Made by a program: the position numbers and the translations under genes
The notes under the pieces: model-generated
Database searches by the model: none
What the model was told of the DNA's origin: nothing
The model's input: only the letters and a program-made list of their open reading frames with translations
Shown here: positions 43,931-53,674 of the stretch, piece by piece
Position numbering within the stretch: the first letter of the stretch is position 1
Layout of the letters: the number at the start of each line of letters is the position of its first letter
Assembly (NCBI GenBank): GCA_963804955.1
Contig: CAWDSQ010000007.1
Coordinates: 214,546 to 278,545, forward strand
Source of the DNA: an uncultured delta proteobacterium
Lineage (GTDB): Bacteria; Desulfobacterota; WTBG01; CAIYCZ01; CAIRTM01
Reading direction: 5' to 3'
DNA: 64,000 nucleotides

Positions 43931-44536
43931 TCATTCCCTGCCGTCATTCACCCTGTCTATATTCTGCCGCTGGCGTATTAAAAAATTGCTGCTCGGAGCC
44001 CCGGTGGATGGCGCTGGTGATGCATCCCCTGCAGCCCCCGCTTTATTGGGTGTTACTACAGCTTTTGTAACAGTGCTGCTATTTTGACCCGGCGGTTTCA
44101 GCTGTGGATCTGACCAAACCCCCAGTGAACGTTTTTGGGCCAGGCTTACAGACAAATCGTAGGGATGTTTTTTATTTTTCTCCAGTAACGGCCAGGCTAA
44201 CCCTTTCCGGACAAGCTCCCGGTTAATGGAATCCTGCTTTTTGGAAGAAAAAACTTCTGCGGTTATGATATTTTCTTGAGAACTGATCATAGTAATTCTG
44301 AGCATCTGGTTTAAAGCAAGACTTTCAAGATAGCGCTTTGCCTCAGCCCCGAATTTTTGTTGAGGCTCCGGAGCAATAATATATGCCAGCTGCACGGTAT
44401 ACTGTTTTCCATTTGCACGTATCAAGAGCGTGTCAGCATCTACCACCGTCTCGCAGACCGCATTAAAGTTCTCGGCAAAGGCCGGACAGGCCAGGAGCAT
44501 AATCCCTGCAATAAAGAAAAAATATTTTTTAAGCAT
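43931..44536 (-). CDS. secreted thermonuclease (SNase-like) family nuclease
   Basis: signal peptide MLKKYFFFIAGIMLLACPAFA; …VVDADTLLIRANGKQYTVQLAYIIAPE… SNase core. Confidence 0.6.
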   Translation of the reverse strand: MLKKYFFFIAGIMLLACPAFAENFNAVCETVVDADTLLIRANGKQYTVQLAYIIAPEPQQKFGAEAKRYLESLALNQMLRITMISSQENIITAEVFSSKKQDSINRELVRKGLAWPLLEKNKKHPYDLSVSLAQKRSLGVWSDPQLKPPGQNSSTVTKAVVTPNKAGAAGDASPAPSTGAPSSNFLIRQRQNIDRVNDGRE

Positions 44537-44634
44537 ACTAATCTCTCCCCTGGTAGTGTTCTTAATGTCGTCAGCACACCAGCGCCACAGGCTATGTTCC
44601 CTGAAAAAGGCAGCCAATCAAGCCACCCTCTATG

Positions 44635-44798
44635 AGATTGTGTCGCAATTAAAAAAAGATGTCATCTCGACCAAAGGGAGAGATCTTTGCCTGAAGCAAA
44701 AGCAAAGCCTTAAGATTGCTGCGCGGTGGCGCAACCTGCGGTCTCACCGCCTGCGGCGGATTCGAAATGACAGTACAAAACTAATTATGACACAGCCT
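44635..44798. mobile_element. MITE-like element copy C (164 bp; TIR agattgtgtcgcaat / attatgacacagcct; TSD CTATG)
   Basis: flanking CTATG direct repeats at 44630-44634 and 44799-44803. Confidence 0.7.
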
Positions 44799-45425
44799 CT
44801 ATGCTGGCGGTTGCTGCCTGCCTCCCCGCCACCGGCTCGAACCATCGCATGTCTCTTCTTGTTTAATAGGGTCAAAGTCAGGCTGCCGTCAAGGGCTTCA
44901 TTGATATTTTCGGCATTATTGCAATAAATCTGAATGAGTTTCCGGCCATTGCTGCTGTGGTTTTGAGTAAAGAAAGGCGGCCTGAAACAGGCATTCATTG
45001 ACAAAAAAAAACCGGCTGCAACAACCGCCGGCCAAAACACCTGAAAAACAGTGCTGTGGGGGTGTTGAAAAACCCCATTAAGTCATTCTGAGCGCAGCGA
45101 AGAATCTCTATCTTTTTGAATTTTCTAAGCCCGAATGGGACCTTCACTTTGCAGATGCGCTCCTGAAAACCATGGCTATCCCCTGTTTTCCTGTCCGCAA
45201 AAGCCGTCACCACCAAAAAAAATCATGAATAAAATTTTTTGCGTGCTATATAGAAATCTTAAGCAGCAATGCACGGGCACAAGATAGTGCGCTAAAGACA
45301 CTTCAGGGTCAGGAGTCTCGTCTGACCTCCGCCCCGCTGTGGAGCACAGAGTTTGTTGTAAATTTTTTATCATATCTACAAATAGAGTTAAATGAAGTTA
45401 AACGTATAAAGCAGAAGAGGGTTCT

Positions 45426-46457
45426 ATGCAGCTAATAAAATCAATATCCCTGCTGTCTGTGATCGGCTCTCTGTTTCTGTGCTCATCTGCCTTTGCCTAT
45501 CAATCGGGGAACTTTACGTACACGGTAACAAACCAAACGGTCACAATCACTGGCTATTCCGGTCCCGGCGGAGCAGTTGCAATTCCAGATACCATTACCA
45601 GCATGCCGGTAAGCGGCATCGGGGATAGTGCGTTTTATTGTCAAACCCGTATGACCGGTGTCACCATCCCGAACAGCGTTACGAGGATTGGAGCACAGGC
45701 GTTTCGAAACTGCACCGGTTTGACCAGCGTTAGCATACCGGGAAGCGTTACGAGCATTGGGACATATGCGTTTCAATTTTGCAGCGGCCTGACCAGCCTT
45801 ACCATACAAAATGGCGTTACGAGCATTGGCTACAGTGCGTTTGGAAATTGCACGGCCTTAATAAGCGTAACCATACCGGGCAGTGTGAGAAGCATTGCTG
45901 GTTCTGCGTTTTCATACTGCGACAGTTTGAGCGGTGCATATTTTTACGGAAATGCGCCGGCGATGGGGCCGAATGTTTTCCTTAACTGCGCAGGCGGTTT
46001 TACCGTTTACTATACTGCCGGAGCCACGGGGTTTACCAATCCGTGGTATGGCTATCCAACGGAGGAGTCTAACCCGCCTCCGTCAACCAGCACCACTGTG
46101 CCGGTAGCGACGACAGTGCCAGCAAGCACAACGACGAAGCCGTCCACGTCAACGACGTCCGCATCAACGAGTATAAGCACAACATCATCATCGGCTGCTT
46201 CATCAACAACTACTACTCCGCCGAAGTCCACCACAACCTCTGCACCGCCGAAGCCAACCACCTCCACTACCAGTGCCTGCAACGTATCAGGTGATACCGA
46301 TGGCGACGGTATGCCCGATACGCTCGATAACTGCCCGAATGGTTTCAATCCCAATCAGCTGGATGCGAATGGTAACGACATAGGAGATTGCTGCGACCCG
46401 GCACCCGGCTGCGGCGGCGACGGACAGGCAACATGTGATACGGTGTGCGGGCAGTAG
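45426..46457 (+). CDS. secreted surface protein: BspA-type leucine-rich repeats + Thr/Ser/Pro linker + thrombospondin type-3-like Ca-binding repeats
   Basis: repeats IPNSVTRIGAQAFRNCTGLTSVSIPGSVTSIG…; DTDGDGMPDTLDNCPNGFNPNQLDANGNDIGDCCD. Confidence 0.65.
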   Translation: MQLIKSISLLSVIGSLFLCSSAFAYQSGNFTYTVTNQTVTITGYSGPGGAVAIPDTITSMPVSGIGDSAFYCQTRMTGVTIPNSVTRIGAQAFRNCTGLTSVSIPGSVTSIGTYAFQFCSGLTSLTIQNGVTSIGYSAFGNCTALISVTIPGSVRSIAGSAFSYCDSLSGAYFYGNAPAMGPNVFLNCAGGFTVYYTAGATGFTNPWYGYPTEESNPPPSTSTTVPVATTVPASTTTKPSTSTTSASTSISTTSSSAASSTTTTPPKSTTTSAPPKPTTSTTSACNVSGDTDGDGMPDTLDNCPNGFNPNQLDANGNDIGDCCDPAPGCGGDGQATCDTVCGQ

Positions 46458-46584
46458 TCGGAGTATGGGGTAACGGATTAATCCTCTGAAGAATCATCAA
46501 GGCCCAACTACCAGAGATGGTGGTTGGGCCTTTTTTGTAAAAGTCCACAGGAGATGTCACTACAGTGATGCTCTGAGTCAATGC

Positions 46585-46770
46585 TATGACCGCAGCAAGG
46601 TTCAGTTTGCATCATCTGGGATTGCTAAGCGCAGGAAAATGCTGCAGTCGTATAAATCCCCGTGCCACACCGCAAGCTGGAGCGGGATACCGGAGGGAAG
46701 GCGATAGTTAAGGCAGATGGCGCAGGCCGGATAGTGATTTAATCATGGTCTTTATATGCTCTTGAGACCA
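46585..46770 (+). repeat. UmuC-like 3'-end remnant, copy 2 (KVQFASSGIAKRRKMLQSYKSPCHTASWSGIPEGRR*)
   Basis: see copy 1. Confidence 0.5.
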
Positions 46771-46870
46771 AGCCGTGCAAGAAGCTATTGTGTTAAACAG
46801 CCTCCCTTTTTCTCCCATCCCCTGCAGCCCTGAGGATGAGCCATGAGCAGAGCTGTGTGCGCCACCTCTG

Positions 46871-47278
46871 CTACAGCACCGCCTGCTGTTTATACAGCGC
46901 ATTGGGCAGGCACTGCATGGTCGCTTTGATCAGATCTTCCTGCTGGAAAGGTTTGCTCAGATATCCGTCAAACATGCCGCTTATCCGTTCCGTCACGTCA
47001 CCGGAGGCATGGCCGGTCATGACCAGCAGCGGAATGTTTTTAACAGCTTTATCAGTTTTCAAAATGACGACCGCCTCGTAGCCGTTCATCACCGGCATCT
47101 GTATGTCCAGCAGAATCAGGTCGGGCGCGCACGCGCGGGCCATATCAACAGCATCCCGGCCATTAGCTCCCTCGATCAGATCAAAGTCGTACTCATCGTA
47201 AAACAATTTGATCAGCTCACGGATATGCGCAGTGTCATCGACAATCAGTATGCGCGGCTTTCCAGACATTGCAGTCAT
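46871..47278 (-). CDS. single-domain response regulator (CheY-like receiver)
   Basis: …ILIVDD…D…LILLDIQMP…; 135 aa. Confidence 0.8.
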   Translation of the reverse strand: MTAMSGKPRILIVDDTAHIRELIKLFYDEYDFDLIEGANGRDAVDMARACAPDLILLDIQMPVMNGYEAVVILKTDKAVKNIPLLVMTGHASGDVTERISGMFDGYLSKPFQQEDLIKATMQCLPNALYKQQAVL

Positions 47279-47961
47279 AGCAGTCCCCTTCTTTCATTGG
47301 ATTAACTCTACAGAAGTACAACCCTGTCCTTCGTGCAAAAAAACCCCTTCCTGAAGCTGAAAAAAGGCCGGCTGTGACATACATTTTCACTACCGGCAGT
47401 CTCTGATTATTCAGCACCTGTGCTGTCTGCCGTTATGCCCTCATGCGCTCTTTTCGGTTGTCTGCGACGCTGCGTTTCTCTGCATGTTTTCAATACAGAG
47501 AGCACCTCCGGCCATAGAGAACAAAACATGTTTTATTCAATTTTTATTACATATACTGTGCCAACAACAATGCCGTCTTTGCTTGCAACTCCATTGACAA
47601 TAAAAAATTTAAAAATCATTCTAAATTAAATGATTTTTTTTGAAAAATATCTGGAAGGATTCTTTTTCAGTCCTGAGAAATGATGGCTAAAGCCGGCATC
47701 TATTCAAAATGAGTAATAATTGGCAAATAAAATTACTCATAATGAATACGACATGCTGCTGTAAAAAACCGTATCTCTCTCCATCAAAAAACAACAGTAC
47801 AAAACAGCCCCCCGAGATGTGAACTGAAAAGCCGGCCACGACAGGTCAGGCCGGAGGGCAGCCAGAGGCCCGATGGTTTACATACTGTTCCGGCAGGTGC
47901 AGGCGGCAACAAGGCAAGACCGGGGAGGGGCAAGGCTGCGAAAATTCCAAACTGCTAAGCT

Positions 47962-48324
47962 TTACTGGAACGCAAGGGATACTTCCGGATTTCTTTTAAC
48001 AAGCTGGCGGATCATGATGTCGCTTAATATACTCGTGAACTTTATGCCGCCTGTTACCTTATATGGGCTTTCCTTTACCCACATGACTTCGGCCTCAACA
48101 GGAATATGCAGGATCGTGTTTGGTATGGAAATTTCCATTACAAGAACAACTCCGCGCTTAATGCTTTCAGTCTGCGGAAAGTTTACAGTCGCACCGCTTG
48201 AGCTCAGATTTATAATCCGGCATTCATACTGCCGCGTGTCCTGTTCCCTGATGGAGCAGCGCGTTTTGAGGTTAACATCAAAACGAGCCTTGGCGCGCAT
48301 ATGTGCATATGAAGATTTTCCCAT
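47962..48324 (-). CDS. PilZ domain protein
   Basis: …ECRIINLSSSGATVNF…; paralog of 8084..8494. Confidence 0.6.
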   Translation of the reverse strand: MGKSSYAHMRAKARFDVNLKTRCSIREQDTRQYECRIINLSSSGATVNFPQTESIKRGVVLVMEISIPNTILHIPVEAEVMWVKESPYKVTGGIKFTSILSDIMIRQLVKRNPEVSLAFQ

Positions 48325-48913
48325 ATTTTAATTGTTCCTGTGCCGATTTTAAATTGTATGTAATAAAAAGTAAAAATGCAGACTAAAAGAGGTCTGCCCG
48401 GACAACATAGCCTGCTCTGTTTTTTATCCGACATCTGCCTGTGGGACGAAGAATAGAAAAAAACACCCCATAAAGCAATAGCACCAGAGGCTATTATTTA
48501 GGCACTAAGGGGCCTGAGGAGCGGGGGCAGAAAAAATATTGCCAATCATGTCTGTTGCGGGCCTGAACCGGTGCCTGCATTTCGGGCGAGACATTCCCGA
48601 ACCGGCATTACGAGATTTACAGCCCTTCGAATATTTTGAACAAAACGATAAAAAAGAGCGGCTGTGCGTGTCGTGCACATCCGCCCTGTATCATCTGACT
48701 CTTTTGATGCCGATTTAAAATACCTGCACCCGGTTTTCCACCTGCAAATGCGGCACCCGTTTGAACTCCTTTGCATTGCTGGCAACAGGCAACTACCGAC
48801 TTCTGAAATTTTATGTTTAGCCAGAAAGTCAAGAAACAATCAGCGGCTGTTGTCCCCCTATTGTTGTTCGCAGGCCTGATAGTAATTTATGTATGAACGT
48901 CCCCTGGTCAGCC

Positions 48914-49207
48914 CTATGCGCCAACTGCGGCACGCAGTTCTCCAACTTTTATTTTCTTCTGCCCGGCATGCCAGAGGTCGAGTTTTGACTGCATATACAA
49001 CCAGCTTTCCGGCGTGGTGCCTGTTGCAAGGGCGATTTTTACGGCCATGTCCGGTGTCACAGGACCCCTGCCGTTTAAAATTGCAGACAGTGTTTTACGC
49101 GACGTGCGCAAACGTTTTGCGGCTTCCGTTATCGTAAGTCCCAGGGGGACCAAAACATCCTCCCGTAAAACTTCTCCGGGATGTGTGGGTTTGCGTTTGT
49201 TAATCAT
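48914..49207 (-). CDS. higA: HigA antitoxin (HTH-XRE)
   Basis: …HPGEVLREDVL…LGLTITEAAKRLRTSRKTLSAILNGR…. Confidence 0.8.
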   Translation of the reverse strand: MINKRKPTHPGEVLREDVLVPLGLTITEAAKRLRTSRKTLSAILNGRGPVTPDMAVKIALATGTTPESWLYMQSKLDLWHAGQKKIKVGELRAAVGA

Positions 49208-49229
49208 GATGTGTGCTCCTTGAAAATAG

Positions 49230-49508
49230 TCAGTGATAATCCCTGTAATCGACGATCACAGCATCTGCCCCTTCAAATTGAAAAGTAACCCGCCAGTTGC
49301 CGTTTACCCGGACCGACCAGGAGTCCTTCTCTTTGCCCGGCAGCCGGTGCAGTTTAAAGCCGGGCAGATTCATGTCCTCGGGGCATGCTGATGCGTCCAG
49401 GCGGTCAAGTATGCGGGCCAGCCTGGGGGCATGGTCCGGCATTATTTTACTGCAGTCATCATGGTGGAAAAACTTTTCCAGCCCTTTATGCCTGAATGAT
49501 TTAATCAT
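49230..49508 (-). CDS. higB: HigB toxin (RelE/ParE superfamily, 'plasmid maintenance system killer')
   Basis: MIKSFRHKGLEKFF…; toxin-first order with higA. Confidence 0.8.
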   Translation of the reverse strand: MIKSFRHKGLEKFFHHDDCSKIMPDHAPRLARILDRLDASACPEDMNLPGFKLHRLPGKEKDSWSVRVNGNWRVTFQFEGADAVIVDYRDYH

Positions 49509-49751
49509 GTCTCCATATATAACATGTAACCTAATGCGTTACAAGCAGTTTTAGCAATTGCCAGTGTATGCTGCTGTTGGCATGCGGATCAGCATGAAAA
49601 CTGTGCATAGCGCGGATAGTAAAAACAAAGCGTGCTGACACCTGTTCTTGTTTTTTCGTTCTATGGTTTTCCCGATGGATGTTCCCGGTTGTTTTTTAGA
49701 CCCACTAAAATACAGGTTGCATAATATATAAAAACTTATATAATTGAAAAT

Positions 49752-50327
49752 ATGAATACTGTCGTGAAAGCACTTAAGTTCATTGGGTCGAGTCTGGACG
49801 ATCTACGGAATTTCCCGGATGAAGCCCGGCGGGCTGCCGGATTTGAGTTTCATGCGGTTCAAAGCGGTTTTGATCCAAACGACTGGAAGCCCATGCAGGC
49901 CATCGGCCCCGGCGTAAAAGAGATTCGTATTCATGTGCTGGGCGAGTGGCGCGTTATCTATGTAGCTTAGCCAACAACCACCCGCATAGAGCCTGTGTCG
50001 CAATTTACTTTGCTGTCATCTCGACCGAAGGGAGAGATCTTTGTAGTAAGTAAAATCAAGGGGCTTAAGATTTCTCACCGCCTGCGGCGGATTCGAAATG
50101 ACATTAATAAATCAATTGTGACACAGCCTCATAGCGGGGGGGGGATTTCGCTAAAGCGAAATCAAAAAACACATAGTGTTTATGTTGCCTTTTTCAGAAA
50201 CGCATGTTTCTGAAATCAGTTCAGCGACGCAGTTTATGTGCTGCACGCATTCAAGAAAAAAAGTCAAAAAACGAGCCGCCAGGATATCGAACTGGCGCGT
50301 CAAAGGTACAACCGCATTGGAGGTTAA
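49752..50327 (+). pseudogene. Gp49-like (PF05973, HigB-family) toxin gene interrupted by a 140-bp MITE; N-part 49752..49970, C-terminal end (…AVYVLHAFKKKSQKTSRQDIELARQRYNRIGG*) resumes at ~50220
   Basis: N-terminal ORF ends in-frame inside MITE; C-terminal conserved block found in-frame downstream of MITE, stop overlaps antitoxin start region. Confidence 0.7.
49990..50129. mobile_element. MITE-like element copy A (140 bp; TIR agcctgtgtcgcaat / attgtgacacagcct; TSD CATAG)
   Basis: CATAG at 49985-49989 and 50130-50134; 96% identical to copy B. Confidence 0.75.
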
Positions 50328-50331
50328 AGTA

Positions 50332-50616
50332 ATGAACGATGACATTATTAAATCTTCCGGCAGCGTTTTTGCTGATCTCGGTTTTCCACCGGATGAAGCC
50401 GCTATTCTTCAGATGCGTGCCGACCTTATGGCTGATCTGCGCAAACTCATCAAAGCGAAAAAATTAACGCAGGCCAAAGCGGCAACAATTTTCGGGGTGA
50501 CGCAGTCCAGGGTATCAGATCTCATGCGCGGCAAATGGGAGAGATTCAGTCTTGAAATGCTCATTACGCTTGCAACAAAGGCGGGCATGCATGTCAGCTT
50601 GAAAACAGCGGCATAA
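50332..50616 (+). CDS. HTH-XRE antitoxin partner of the Gp49-like toxin
   Basis: …LTQAKAATIFGVTQSRVSDLMRGK…. Confidence 0.7.
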   Translation: MNDDIIKSSGSVFADLGFPPDEAAILQMRADLMADLRKLIKAKKLTQAKAATIFGVTQSRVSDLMRGKWERFSLEMLITLATKAGMHVSLKTAA

Positions 50617-50654
50617 CGCTGGCTTCAAAACAAAGGGCGCTGACCCCTGTTCTT

Positions 50655-50900
50655 GTTTTTGCTGAGCGGAGAGGGAATTTATTAGATCAAAAAGCCATGA
50701 TGCAGGCAATAGATTCCCTGAATCAACGCTATGGCCGCAACACGGTTCAGTTTGCATCATCGGGCATAGATAAGCGCTGGAAAATGCTGCAGTCGCAAAA
50801 ATCGCCGTGCTTTACCACATGACGGGGCGAGATACCGGCTGTGAAGGCATGAGACAGACAGGCGGTGCAGGCCAGATAGTGATTTATGTATGAACGCCCC
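50655..50900 (+). repeat. UmuC-like 3'-end remnant, copy 3 (…AMMQAIDSLNQRYGRNTVQFASSGIDKRWKMLQSQKSPCFTT*RGEIPAVKA*)
   Basis: best-preserved copy; W codon replaced by TGA. Confidence 0.55.
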
Positions 50901-50995
50901 GCAGTCCTACTCAAACAATTCAACTAATTCAACAACGTTAAGTTCCTAAAAAATTTTCTTGAAAAGCATTAAATACAACCGTCCCCTTTTAGATG
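50880..50995 (+). repeat. 110-bp direct repeat, copy 1 (contains 21-bp core aattcaactaattcaacaacg)
   Basis: approx 90% identical to 55878..55990; core also at 54697-54717. Confidence 0.65.
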
Positions 50996-51057
50996 TTTAC
51001 AGCCAATTTCTGCAACCTGGGGGGGGGAGGGCGTTTGTGTACTTTGTAGGATGGCCC

Positions 51058-52229
51058 CTAAGTGCCGTCATTCTCAACAAGTGAATAGCTTGTGCTTCTG
51101 CCTCCTGCGGGATCCTTCTTCAGCAGGTTCTGTTTCACAAGGTCATCAATATCGCGACCGGCAGTATCCTGAGAACATTTTGTGATTTTTGCCCATTTTG
51201 ACGACGTGAGTTTTCCTTCGAATCCATCAATCAATAGATTGAGCATATGTCGTTGGCGATCGTTCAACGGCTGCTGCGCAAGTTTTTTCCAAAGAGTTGC
51301 TTTGCGGATGACATTTGCCAATATGGTCTCGGCGCCATCGAACGCTCGATTGAGGCAGCTCAGGAACCAATCGAGATATTCCGTGATATCAAGATCGCCT
51401 TTCTGCATTTCTTCCAGACGAGTCGTAGTATTTTCCCTGTTCTGCCTTTATCTGGGCAGAGATGCTGTAAAAGCGCTGAGCGCTGCGCTCTGAGCGAGCC
51501 AGCATCATGTCAGCGAGCGCGCGACCGATGCGACCGTTTCCATCGTCGAAGGGATGAATGGTCTCAAACCAAAGATGCGCTGTGGCGGCTTTAAGAATGG
51601 GATCGACATTGGGTTGCTCTGTATTAAACCACTTTATGAACGCACCCATTTCTTTATCGATACGCGTTGCGGCAGGCGCTTCGTAGTGAACATGTTCGCG
51701 TCCATAGGGGCCGGAAACAACCTGCATGGGCCCGGATTCAGCCGTTCGCCATTTGCCGACAGTAATCTTCAAAAGGCCGCTGTATCCTGTCGGGAACAAT
51801 GCTGCGTGCCAACCGAAGAGCCTCTCTTTTGTAATCGGTTTATCGTAGTTCTGTGTTGCATCGATGATCATTTGAACAACACCATCGACATTTCTGTCTG
51901 ACGGTGTCAGTGCGCCGATATCGACGCCAAGCCGCCGCGCGAGAGAAGAACGAACCTGATCCCGATTGAGCTGCTGCCCTTCAATTTCGCTGGATTTTAC
52001 GACTTCCTCCGTCAGGGTGTCGCAAAACGGCTTCGTCGCGCAGCTTGATGCCGAAAGCCTCTATGCGCCCAAAGAGCTGCCCTTGCCGATAACGTACAGC
52101 AGCGAGTTTTTGTGCAAGATGGTCGTTATCCCAACGAAAATGGGGCCAATCGGCTCTTTGATATATGTAGGTAGTCATAATCTCCGCACCTTTCGCGTAG
52201 ATTATAGCACTTTTTCTCCGCATAAGCAA
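51058..52229 (-). pseudogene. Fic/DOC family protein (DUF4172 N-domain + Fic HPFxxGNGR + C-terminal wHTH) split into three ORFs (51981..52229, 51389..51871, 51058..51408)
   Basis: …YIYQRADWPHFRWDNDHLA… (DUF4172), …HPFDDGNGRIGRA… Fic motif; overlapping frames. Confidence 0.75.
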
Positions 52230-52517
52230 TCATATTCGCCGCATATATTGCGGAGAATAAAGCGGCTAATCTCCGCAATTGATTGATCCTTGCTTTGGGC
52301 TGGGCAGACTAGAGATGAGGGTTGTTCAATACAAAGTTTGCCGCAGGAAGCACTTCCTGGGTGGGGGGATTTAGTAAGTGGTTGCCTGCTCTAACTCCCG
52401 CACGTTGTGCAAAATATGTATTCAGGAGCTGCGGAAAAGCTAAGTCAACAACGTCCCCCTAGTTAGACCTTTCTGCTCTATGTTAGTAGATGATAAAACC
52501 CTTTTTCAAATACCCCT

Positions 52518-53516
52518 TTACAGCCGGTTGCGACGTCTGGCTGAATGCCGATCCATGCGCGAATGTTCGTCATCCTGCTTCCTGCCTGCGGGCTTTGCAA
52601 AAGCTGCAAGGTGCAGTATGTGCCCCTGGTGCTCAAAGGCAAACCCGATCACCGAGTCCGATTCAAGCCGTATGTCTTCACCCTCAGATACGGATTTGCG
52701 ATGCTCTGCTGTTGCATCTGCCATGCCGGCGATAAACTGCCTTGCTGCGTCACCATGAGATCCTTCAAGCTTCAGATCAGGATCATACCAGTCCGTGGCA
52801 TCAAGGGCGTAGCTCTTCACAAGCTTTGCAAACACCTTCCCGAACGTGTCGGGTCCGGCAAAGCTGTCAAGGCCTGCAACTTTCCCGTTTATCAGAAATA
52901 CAGCACCGGCCTGATTTTCGGCCCTGGTAAAGTTTTGCAGGTAGTCTTCAAGGGAAATTCTGTCCTTTTCGTAAATTTCTGACATGGCCATGCTACCGGA
53001 TACGGCCTTCCTGCGCCGCGCCTTCTTGTCTATGGAATTCCATATCTCTCCCTGGTCAGAACAATAGGAGGCATTAATTTTGAGCGAGTGGTTTACGTGA
53101 ACGGCCTTCTCCGCCCTGATATTCGGACAGAGCAGGCGCTCATGGCTGAAAAACTTGCCGGAGGCGTAGGACCACCGGCCCTGTTCCACGCAGCTCACCG
53201 GGATTATCACCTTTGACATGGCAGCGATGAGAATGGTGGCGTTGACGATACGGTTCTGCTTGGCCCCTACCAGCTCTTCGCCGTCCAGGATGAGCACCTG
53301 CTTGCTTGCCTTATTGATCACCTGCAGCTCAGGCACTGAGCCTCCCGTGCTCACCTCTCCAACTTCGATGAGCCCGCCCTGCAGCGCCTCGTCAAGAAGC
53401 AGGTAGTCGGCCTGTTCCGTACCACTGGTCAAAAGCGGCACCATGCTCAAATTTTTATAGGCTTGAGCCGGCCCCGTGGTGATGGTTGTGATATAGGTTT
53501 TAAGACTTTCGTTCAT
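52518..53516 (-). CDS. hypothetical protein (332 aa), first gene of an operon divergent from the WYL regulator
   Basis: no recognisable motif by eye; intact long ORF. Confidence 0.5.
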   Translation of the reverse strand: MNESLKTYITTITTGPAQAYKNLSMVPLLTSGTEQADYLLLDEALQGGLIEVGEVSTGGSVPELQVINKASKQVLILDGEELVGAKQNRIVNATILIAAMSKVIIPVSCVEQGRWSYASGKFFSHERLLCPNIRAEKAVHVNHSLKINASYCSDQGEIWNSIDKKARRRKAVSGSMAMSEIYEKDRISLEDYLQNFTRAENQAGAVFLINGKVAGLDSFAGPDTFGKVFAKLVKSYALDATDWYDPDLKLEGSHGDAARQFIAGMADATAEHRKSVSEGEDIRLESDSVIGFAFEHQGHILHLAAFAKPAGRKQDDEHSRMDRHSARRRNRL

Positions 53517-53674
53517 GGCCTCTCCTTTGACTTTTCCGGTTAATCTTACCTTTAAGAATAGCAGGGCACTGTGTCAGGGAAGGTCAAAACGAATTAAAAA
53601 ATATTGTTATTTATTGTAAAAAATTGATATATTTTAATTTCATTGTGGTCTTTTTTTACGTCAGGGAGGATTTT

